The notes beneath the pieces were generated by a model that saw only the letters and a program-made list of their open reading frames with translations, was not told where the DNA came from and did no database searches. 64,000 nucleotides of DNA from contig JBHLRZ010000002.1 in the NCBI GenBank assembly GCA_048882045.1, forward strand, positions 64,001 through 128,000, read 5' to 3'. A program made the position numbers and the translations under genes. This document shows positions 56,809 to 64,000 of the stretch, one piece after another. How positions within the stretch are numbered: the first letter of the stretch is position 1; each line of letters starts with the position of its first letter. The DNA comes from Candidatus Thorarchaeota archaeon (GTDB lineage Archaea; Asgardarchaeota; Thorarchaeia; Thorarchaeales; Thorarchaeaceae).

Positions 56809-57756
56809 TTAACCCCCTATCTCTTCCAACATCTTACAGGCCTTACAGATTGGAGATGGAGACGGCATACCACATCTCTCACATACCACTGGTTTCCAAG
56901 AGGAAGAGCTTTCAAGAAAGATGTCAGTCATTGTTTCAGCTGATCTCAGAACAGCCAAGAGCGTACCCGGCCTTTTGTGTTCCATTTCGTTCATGAACAA
57001 TCTCAGGTCGTTTCGATAGGCTTCTCCTGCATATGGACATGGAACATCATGGTATGGTAGTTCGAGATGATGTGCATAAGCTACAATATCTCTCTCTGAG
57101 AGTTCGGCAATCGGCTTAACTCGTGGGACCAGTCCTTCAATCGATCTATTACGGGGAACGTTTGTTCTTACGATTCTGCGACTATCTCCTCTCATTATGT
57201 TCATAAGGACAGTCTGAGCCTCGTCATCAAGGTTGTGACCCACAGCAATTACATCTGCTCCAATTCGTTTTGCAGCCTCGTTCAATGTTCGTCTTCGAAA
57301 AACCCCACAGTAAGAACATGCGCCTAGAGAGTTCTCATTTCTTTTTTCTACAATCTCATCTAAGGAATGGCCAATCAGTTCTTGGAACGAGAGGACCTCA
57401 AGTTTGAGATCAAGAGCATTGGTCAACTCTCGAGCGGCTTTTAGTGCCTCATTCCTATATCCTTGGATGCCCTCGTCTACGGTCACAGGTACAATCTCTG
57501 AGTTTGGAAAGTTGCTCTCGATTCTATGAAGGACATCAAGAAGTACTGCACTATCTTTTCCACCAGAGATTGCGACAGCTATTCTATCATCTTCTCGAAA
57601 CATCTTCTGACGATTGATTGTTCTCCGGACTCTATCCAATGTGGTCTGGACTAAGCATGAAATACAAAGCCTCTCTGCAGTATACCTACGCAGATATACC
57701 GCTGGTTCTCCACATTTCGAACATCCGGATTGCATCTTGTCGGCTCCAAGACGCAA
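56809..57756 (-). CDS. TtuA/Ncs6-family tRNA 2-thiolation protein (TIGR00269-like)
   Basis: SGGKDS PP-loop, ACSYCGVFRR, GHNLDDEAQ, CPYA, terminal zinc fingers. Confidence 0.93.
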   Translation of the reverse strand: MRLGADKMQSGCSKCGEPAVYLRRYTAERLCISCLVQTTLDRVRRTINRQKMFREDDRIAVAISGGKDSAVLLDVLHRIESNFPNSEIVPVTVDEGIQGYRNEALKAARELTNALDLKLEVLSFQELIGHSLDEIVEKRNENSLGACSYCGVFRRRTLNEAAKRIGADVIAVGHNLDDEAQTVLMNIMRGDSRRIVRTNVPRNRSIEGLVPRVKPIAELSERDIVAYAHHLELPYHDVPCPYAGEAYRNDLRLFMNEMEHKRPGTLLAVLRSAETMTDIFLESSSSWKPVVCERCGMPSPSPICKACKMLEEIGG

Positions 57757-57794
57757 ATCACTTGGATTCTAGTTAAAGATGTTCACATGAACGT

Positions 57795-58217
57795 TCAAGG
57801 CTTGGTCTTTTCGTCTTTCTTCTCTTTCATCTTGATCTCGTCAACAATCTGGACACGTTTGACATGTAGGGCTGCCTTATTGGCTCTGAAACTGGCTGCA
57901 TGAATGATATCATCAACTGTCCTGTGCCATTCAGCAGGGGATAGAATACTATGAATCTCCTTAAACGACTCGCTCAGACGCTCCACACGAGCTAGACACT
58001 CTACTCTGTCCTCAGACAGTCGTTGCTCGTCGAAAATCATCAGAGCATAGCCTTTGAGTGCTTCCCAGTCTACATCGCCATTTGTTTGGAGAAGTATCTT
58101 CAGCTTGGCGAGTGGTTCTTTCCAGGAACCCGGAATAAACATCGTAAGGTAGTCAGCCAATGCTTTTCTGGCTCTTTCTCGAACTTCTTGCTTTGTACCA
58201 ATCTGGTGGGTCATCAT
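57795..58217 (-). CDS. Hypothetical helical protein
   Basis: Collinear ORF; no motif recognised. Confidence 0.65.
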   Translation of the reverse strand: MMTHQIGTKQEVRERARKALADYLTMFIPGSWKEPLAKLKILLQTNGDVDWEALKGYALMIFDEQRLSEDRVECLARVERLSESFKEIHSILSPAEWHRTVDDIIHAASFRANKAALHVKRVQIVDEIKMKEKKDEKTKP

Positions 58218-58279
58218 CTTTCATCGGACTAACATGCATTTTCATGCTATATTAGGCCCACAGGAACCGAAGAATTCCT

Positions 58280-59446
58280 CTAGAACAATCCTTTACCCAT
58301 TATCAGACTCAGAACTATGCTAAGGACTACAATTAGCAATGCCGCAATCCGCACAGGCCACATGATGTATTTGATTTTCTTCTCATCTTTGATGTACAGA
58401 CTGAGACCATTCGACAGAAGCTTATCTCCATCAAGCGGAGGAATTGGTAGCAGGTTGAACAAAGCCACTGACATAAGAATCAGGTAACACCAGAAGATGA
58501 CCTGATTCAGATGGAAGACGAACATGGGTGTAAGTATTAAATCCCAGCCTGGCTTTGGTTCCCAGTAGTCTGCTCCATATACTCCCATGTATCCTTTAGA
58601 TGCATTGAGCTCGCTCGCCGCAAGTATGATCGTCACATCACCATCGAGAGTATGAATTATCAGTCGATCACCTGCACCAGCGTCTTGCATGAATACACTG
58701 ACAGCAGACCAGTTGGCGATTGTCGTATCATTGAGCCCAATGATGACGTCTCCCACGTCAAGAGCCTGCGCTGCAGGACTCCCATCCTGAAGACTATAGA
58801 TATATGCACCACTGGGTGGGTTGTAGGCAATCGAAACCAATGGATTGAAGTTCAATAGAATTATGAGAAACACAAAACCCCACGCTAGGTTTGAAAAAGA
58901 CCCAGCAGCAAGCATCCGCATTCGGGCTTGAGGAGTCACCTTGTTCTCGAACTCCTCCTCGTCAGGTTCTACAAAAGCTCCAAACAGAACTAGAAAGGCA
59001 AGAAGTCCTGAACTCTTGATAGTGATATCATCTCTCGATGAAGCAAGACCGTGGGCAAACTCATGAGTCAAGAGTGTGATAGCCAATGCAACTAGCATAT
59101 ACAACAATGGAAGTCCTGTAATTGTTATGCCTGGGATTATTGGCACAACCCCTCCCGCGGCTGCTGGTTGGATGAAGAACTTGAGAAGGTTGTCTCCAAA
59201 CATCCAAAATGCGAATATCATCCCACCGAAACCTACAACAATACCAGCATTGAAGAATGCCAGTGGAAACTTCTTCCCCATTCTTGTAAGGAATGCATTC
59301 AAACGCTCCGTACGCCACATAAAGAAGAATGGCATACCCGCATCAATCCCCTTCTCTTGAAGTTTCTCAATGCCGATTGTCTGTGCGATAAAATAGACAA
59401 CAAGCCATGCTATTCCTATAATTGCAAAAATTGTCAATGGATCCAT
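58280..59446 (-). CDS. Site-2 protease (M50) with PDZ domain
   Basis: HEFAH, GAFVEPD, AAGSFSN, PDZ 'GSPAAQALDVGDVI', NLLPIPPLDG. Confidence 0.95.
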   Translation of the reverse strand: MDPLTIFAIIGIAWLVVYFIAQTIGIEKLQEKGIDAGMPFFFMWRTERLNAFLTRMGKKFPLAFFNAGIVVGFGGMIFAFWMFGDNLLKFFIQPAAAGGVVPIIPGITITGLPLLYMLVALAITLLTHEFAHGLASSRDDITIKSSGLLAFLVLFGAFVEPDEEEFENKVTPQARMRMLAAGSFSNLAWGFVFLIILLNFNPLVSIAYNPPSGAYIYSLQDGSPAAQALDVGDVIIGLNDTTIANWSAVSVFMQDAGAGDRLIIHTLDGDVTIILAASELNASKGYMGVYGADYWEPKPGWDLILTPMFVFHLNQVIFWCYLILMSVALFNLLPIPPLDGDKLLSNGLSLYIKDEKKIKYIMWPVRIAALLIVVLSIVLSLIMGKGLF

Positions 59447-59636
59447 GAACTGTCAATCCGAAGGGTCTGTGGCGCGTCGATGTCGCACACGAATATAATG
59501 CTTATGTACGAGGTATAAGCCCTCTGACATTGTTTTGTACGAGGCCCAACCACAATCCTCATAAAGTGAGTCAATTTGGCTACCGCTGGTGTCCATCGGG
59601 ACCCATTACCACTACTCTAGGTAGGCGAAGCGATAA

Positions 59637-60020
59637 TTGCCATACAAACTTGTGATTTCCGATCCAGAAACTGGAAAGTCCATCCAGTACGAGCTAGACG
59701 ACGCCAAAACAAATGCTCTTGTTGGAAAAGCAGTTGGCGAAATTGTAGAAGGAGATGTCCTCGGACTTCCCGGATACAAATTGAAGATCACTGGAGGAAG
59801 TGACACATCTGGCTTTCCAATCCGACCTGATGTTCATGGTAGCGGTAAGAAACGCGTTTTGATACGGGGGACTCCTGGCTTCAGACCAAAGAGAAAGGGA
59901 ATCGCTAGGAGAAAGACTGTTCGAGGCAGAGAGCTCAGCCCTGACATCTCTCAGGTCAATATGAGAGTTGAAGAAAAGGGTAGCGCACCACTCGAAGAAC
60001 TAGTCATGCAGCCTTCATGA
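59637..60020 (+). CDS. rps6e: Ribosomal protein eS6
   Basis: ISDPETGKS, ITGGSDTSGFP, RRKTVRG. Confidence 0.97.
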   Translation: MPYKLVISDPETGKSIQYELDDAKTNALVGKAVGEIVEGDVLGLPGYKLKITGGSDTSGFPIRPDVHGSGKKRVLIRGTPGFRPKRKGIARRKTVRGRELSPDISQVNMRVEEKGSAPLEELVMQPS

Positions 60021-60127
60021 GGTCGCCTTGACCATTTCACAGGTCAAATGCTCGAACAAACCATAGACTTCTTATGGGCAACGTGAAGAAGGTGACTAAC
60101 GCCCTACAAGCCGGAAGTGAAGATTAG

Positions 60128-61369
60128 GTGACCAGAAAGTACGAGGGACAATCAGAAATCAGCATTGGCGCATTGGGTCATGTCGACCATGGCAAGACCA
60201 CACTTGTTTCATACCTCACAGGAGAGTGGACTGACCGTCACTCTGATGAGATACGAAGAGGTATCTCGATTCGACTTGGTTATGCTGCAACCACTCTGAT
60301 GAAATGCACTAATTGTCCCGAACCCGAAGCTTTCACTACATCTCACTTGACAAAGGAAGGTAAATGTAACAAGTGTGGCGGAGATCTAGAAGTTCTCAGG
60401 GAAATCTCATTTGTTGACAGTCCTGGACACGAGTCACTGATGGCAACATGTCTCAGCGGAGCCAGTCTCATGGATGGTGCAATCCTCGTCATTGCGGCCA
60501 ATGAGCCCTGTCCAATGCCTCAGACTTCTGAACATCTGCATGCACTCGAAATCGTAGGTGTGAAGAACATAATCATTGTTCAGAACAAGATTGAGCTTGT
60601 AACAAAAGAACAAGCAAAGGAACACTATCAGCAGATAAAGGACTTCATTCAAGGAACCGCAGCTGAAAATGCACCTGTCGTTCCAGTTTCAGCAATATTC
60701 GGAGCCAATACAGACTTGCTCATCCAGATGATTGAGGAGGTCATCCCCACTCCAAACCGTGATGATGAAGCTCCACCTAAGATGTTCGTAGCTCGTTCGT
60801 TTGATATCAATAGACCTGGAACATTACCTGACAAGATACAAGGTGGAGTGGTTGGCGGATCAATAGTCCAAGGAAAACTCGCAGTCGGAGATGAAATTGA
60901 GATATCTCCTGGTGCAAAGGGTGAGAAGGGATTCAAACCCATAAAGGCTAAGGTCACAAGTCTATTATCCGGTAGTGGAAACCAATTACAAGAGGCCTAT
61001 CCTGGAGGTCTTATTGGAGTGGGAACTGCATTGGATCCTGCGTCCACTAGAGCGGACAGGCTTGTTGGGAATGTAGTGGGTAAAGTTGGCAAGATGCCTA
61101 AGATAATCGATAAGCTCATGATCAAACCAATCTTGATGCAGCGAGTCGTTGGAACTGAATCTAAGAAACAAGTTGAGAATCTCAGACTCAATGAATCAAT
61201 GATGCTTGTCTTAGGGACAGCTCCTACTGTTGGTGTGATCACAAGACTTCATGGTGACGAGATCGAACTCACACTCAAACGACCTGTGGTTGCTGAAAAG
61301 GGTCAGCGAATGGCTATAGGCCGTAGAGTTGAAAACAAGTGGCGACTAATCGGGTATGCCGAGGTCTAA
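60128..61369 (+). CDS. eif2g: Translation initiation factor aIF2 gamma
   Basis: GHVDHGKTT, RRGISIRLGY, DSPGHE, QNKIE, WRLIG. Confidence 0.98.
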   Translation: MTRKYEGQSEISIGALGHVDHGKTTLVSYLTGEWTDRHSDEIRRGISIRLGYAATTLMKCTNCPEPEAFTTSHLTKEGKCNKCGGDLEVLREISFVDSPGHESLMATCLSGASLMDGAILVIAANEPCPMPQTSEHLHALEIVGVKNIIIVQNKIELVTKEQAKEHYQQIKDFIQGTAAENAPVVPVSAIFGANTDLLIQMIEEVIPTPNRDDEAPPKMFVARSFDINRPGTLPDKIQGGVVGGSIVQGKLAVGDEIEISPGAKGEKGFKPIKAKVTSLLSGSGNQLQEAYPGGLIGVGTALDPASTRADRLVGNVVGKVGKMPKIIDKLMIKPILMQRVVGTESKKQVENLRLNESMMLVLGTAPTVGVITRLHGDEIELTLKRPVVAEKGQRMAIGRRVENKWRLIGYAEV

Positions 61370-61391
61370 GTTGCCACTTTTGGTGAATAAT

Positions 61392-61796
61392 ATGCCACTT
61401 CTAGTGATAATGGACACTAACTTTCTCATAGTGCCTGCACAGTTTGGAGTGGATGTTTTTTCTGAGGCTGAGAGAGTCCTCGAGAGGAGTCTGGATTTTG
61501 TACTACTAGATTCAGTCGTAGAGGAAATAAAATCCAATCTTGAAACTGCTAGTAGGACTGAGGCTCGCATGTTTAGAGTTGCATTAGATTTGGTTGAGAG
61601 ATGCACTTTGGTGAGTGTTGCAGAGATGTCAAAATCTGCTCCAGTAGATGACCAGCTCCTAGAATATACAAAATCCGTAAAGGGAGTTCTAGCTACAAAT
61701 GACCGTGAACTAAGGGAGAGAGCCAGTTCACAAGGAATCCCAGTATTGTTTCTCAGAGGAAAGAAATACCTCGAACTCGAAGGCTCGATAATTTGA
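61392..61796 (+). CDS. PIN-domain protein (Fcf1/Utp24-like)
   Basis: MDTNFL, VDD, ATNDRELR; conserved position after eif2g. Confidence 0.9.
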   Translation: MPLLVIMDTNFLIVPAQFGVDVFSEAERVLERSLDFVLLDSVVEEIKSNLETASRTEARMFRVALDLVERCTLVSVAEMSKSAPVDDQLLEYTKSVKGVLATNDRELRERASSQGIPVLFLRGKKYLELEGSII

Positions 61797-61925
61797 GACC
61801 GTGTCACAACGTTTTTATGTTTTATAAAGCGAATCTGCGCTGAGCCGTCGGGTCAAGGCCTTGGGTTGTTCCCAAGTCTGATTGTTCTGATAATAATCGT
61901 CCTGCTAGGCAAGGAGCGACAATAG

Positions 61926-62516
61926 TTGTACAGCATAGTGACAGTAAAAGATGTGGTGCGAATTCCGCCGTCCCAGTTTGGGTCCCCAATGGAAGAGGCA
62001 GCCATGTTGCATCTACGAAAACAACACGAGAATGTACTTGATCGCGACGTAGGTCTGATGATTGCAGTCATTGGAATCGACGAAATCGGTCAGGGACGTC
62101 TAATGCCCGGCGATGGTGCAACCTATCATTCAGTCACCTATAGAGTGCTCGTGTTCAAACCTCTGCGACATGAACTTGTTGAAGGCAATGTTGTCGAGCT
62201 CATGGACTTCGGGGCTTTCATTAGGATGGGTCCACTGGATGGTCTATGTCATGTAAGCCAGATATGTGATGACTTCATCACTCAAGACTCTAAAGGAAAT
62301 GCCCTGTTGGGCAAGGAAACTGGAAGGACCCTAGCAGAGGGAGACATGGTCAGAGCCAGGGTGACCTCGATAAGCTTTGAATCTGGTAACAAGTCTGGAA
62401 AATTGGGTCTCACAATGAGGCAGCCATTCCTAGGTAAGATCGGTCCCGACAGGTCATGGATTGAAGATGATGTGAAGGCTGCACGAGGAGAATCCAAGAA
62501 GGACAAGAAGAAGTAA
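61926..62516 (+). CDS. rpoE1: RNA polymerase subunit Rpo7 (E')
   Basis: VRIPP, GDGATY, FGAFIRMGPLDGLCHVSQI, LTMRQPFLG. Confidence 0.98.
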   Translation: MYSIVTVKDVVRIPPSQFGSPMEEAAMLHLRKQHENVLDRDVGLMIAVIGIDEIGQGRLMPGDGATYHSVTYRVLVFKPLRHELVEGNVVELMDFGAFIRMGPLDGLCHVSQICDDFITQDSKGNALLGKETGRTLAEGDMVRARVTSISFESGNKSGKLGLTMRQPFLGKIGPDRSWIEDDVKAARGESKKDKKK

Positions 62517-62539
62517 AGGAGTGGATAGGGATAGCGAAA

Positions 62540-62743
62540 ATGAAAGCATGCAGGGCATGTCACTTCCTCACTTCAGAGAACGTTTGTCCAAATTGTAAAG
62601 CGACAAACCTCACCACTTCATACACTGGAATTGTTGTGATTCTGCCAGGTCAGAAGAAGCGCGAGGATCCTAGAAAGTCATCCTATATCGCTTCACGACT
62701 CAATATCGACAAACCTGGAAAGTATGCACTGAAAGTCCGCTAG
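62540..62743 (+). CDS. spt4: Spt4 (RpoE'')
   Basis: KACRAC...CPNC...PGKYALKVR. Confidence 0.96.
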   Translation: MKACRACHFLTSENVCPNCKATNLTTSYTGIVVILPGQKKREDPRKSSYIASRLNIDKPGKYALKVR

Positions 62744-62839
62744 ACAATGCATTGTCTGTGGTGAAAGCTTTATTAGACAACCTCAGGTCGAACGGTTGGC
62801 CCACCCCGGTTGTGGTCTGACTTTCGGTAAGTGATTTCA

Positions 62840-63136
62840 ATGAAAATCGAAATTCTAAATGAACGGGAAAACAAGCCTCTAGCTAGGAGAGAGATTGACT
62901 TCAGAGTCAACCATGCTGGAGCCAGCACTCCTAGTCGTGCAGACGTTCGTGCGAAGATTGTTGCACAGTTTAATGCTGACAAAGAGAGTGTGATAATTAA
63001 GAGTCTTGACACAAAGTTCGGAGCCGGGATGACCGAGGGCCATGCCAGAATCTATTCTGATCCTGAACAGATGAAGAGAATTGAACTTGACCATATCGTC
63101 AAGAGACATGAAGAGAAAGGGGCTGAGTCCGAATGA
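62840..63136 (+). CDS. rps24e: Ribosomal protein eS24
   Basis: [20 protein letters not shown]. Confidence 0.96.
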   Translation: MKIEILNERENKPLARREIDFRVNHAGASTPSRADVRAKIVAQFNADKESVIIKSLDTKFGAGMTEGHARIYSDPEQMKRIELDHIVKRHEEKGAESE

Positions 63137-63297
63137 CAAAATCACATGAAATGTACAAAGTAGACAAGTCGGGAACTATTACTAGGACCAAAAGGACATG
63201 TCCCCGTTGTGAAAAAGGCACCTTTATGGCCGAACACTTCGACCGTTTTGCGTGTGGTCGTTGTGGATACACCGAGTTCAAACGTAAGGGCAACTAG
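63133..63297 (+). CDS. rps27ae: Ribosomal protein eS31 (S27ae), no ubiquitin fusion; not in ORF track
   Basis: [10 protein letters not shown]...[27 protein letters not shown]. Confidence 0.96.
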   Translation: MTKSHEMYKVDKSGTITRTKRTCPRCEKGTFMAEHFDRFACGRCGYTEFKRKGN

Positions 63298-63298
63298 A

Positions 63299-63556
63299 TT
63301 ATTCACCGACAATAGCCATTACCCATCTTACAAACAGTAGAACTCCAATTATCATTGTAAGCACTACATCGACAAGGAACACTCCTGAGATGTAGACCTC
63401 TGTCCATGCAGCTAGAATGAGCGCAACTGGAAAAGTGACAATGAATGGTAGTGTGGCTACAGTCAATGATATCTCCTCACTGGATACCATTGCATTCACG
63501 AGCAAGACTATCCAGATCGCATAGATTCCAACGAGAAGTGCCACCTGTACCAGCAA
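63299..63556 (-). CDS. Small hypothetical membrane protein (about 3 TM helices)
   Basis: Hydrophobic throughout. Confidence 0.65.
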   Translation of the reverse strand: MLVQVALLVGIYAIWIVLLVNAMVSSEEISLTVATLPFIVTFPVALILAAWTEVYISGVFLVDVVLTMIIGVLLFVRWVMAIVGE

Positions 63557-63719
63557 TTTACTCCAACTCTAGTCTTCAGGTCATCCAAACTGCACAACAA
63601 TGTGTGTATCACATGAATGTGGCTGATGCTCTCCTTTTCAAGTCATATTCAGATTCTACTTATTGCTTAGATACAAATCCAAATTCCTATCTAAAACATG
63701 TTGAAACGGAGAGATCTTC

Positions 63720-64000
63720 ATGAAGTTATCAAGACTGAAGATTACAGTAGAGAGAATATTCAGCCCTGAGGAAGTGTTTGGACACGAAATGAAACAAGCG
63801 TCGAATGGGGCTTTCATTAAACCATGTCAATTCTTTGAAGTGGGTCAAGAGTTCATCGCAGAGAACAGTTTTTCACGTCCAGAAGGATTCTGTGGGTGGG
63901 CATGGCGAGATCTTACTGTTCGACTTACTAAGTTCGATCTAATTGATGATATGGACTGGCCTGAAAAGGACATTACCTACGTAGCCTGTGGAGATGGAGT
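63720..64000 (+). CDS. TIGR04076-like protein, truncated by the window end
   Basis: LKITV...PC..FEVGQEF...PEGFCGWAWRDL...ACGDG; GGAG SD. Confidence 0.8.
   Translation, partial: MKLSRLKITVERIFSPEEVFGHEMKQASNGAFIKPCQFFEVGQEFIAENSFSRPEGFCGWAWRDLTVRLTKFDLIDDMDWPEKDITYVACGDG

Noticed and set aside
1-64000. CRISPR array, cas genes, transposases, integrases, inteins
   Set aside because: No regularly spaced repeat series or matching motifs seen; MCM, RFC and helicase lengths leave no room for inteins

Overview
Archaeal core-genome window. Gene content (eS30, GINS23, eIF2-gamma, Nop5/fibrillarin, KEOPS, Elp3) points to TACK/Asgard, and my impression is a Thorarchaeia-like Asgard archaeon; this is inference, not tested. 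It is mostly information processing: a replication/repair block (hel308, mcm, gins23, rfcS/L, orc1/cdc6, nurA-herA, a nuclease-dead GAN/Cdc45), KEOPS, ribosomal proteins (uS15, eS1, eS30, eS6, eS24, eS31), rnhB, fibrillarin/nop5, pyrG/pyrD/pyrK, two tandem MetAP2 genes, dnaG, pelota and rpoE'/spt4. RNA genes are tRNA-Pro(GGG) and tRNA-Trp(CCA), both with introns, tRNA-Leu(TAG) and a stand-alone 5S rRNA. The most interesting signals lie outside the ORF track: (1) a ~300-nt minus-strand structured RNA candidate with repeated kink-turn hairpins and a 3' domain closed by a 10-bp stem plus ACCA, divergent from dnaG; (2) a structured dnaG leader with a probable ATA start that can be masked by a 10-bp pairing; (3) a two-micropeptide unit (32-aa acidic D/E-Trp peptide plus 21-aa Lys-rich peptide) with its own SD and terminator; (4) three integrase-free cassettes bracketed by direct repeats (AbiE-like TA pair, tRNA-Leu mini-island, a membrane-protein gene); (5) an orphan AEP primase-polymerase, a protease-less Lon ATPase and a TFIIS-like zinc-ribbon microprotein. 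All family calls come from reading motifs by eye; no searches or folding programs were run.
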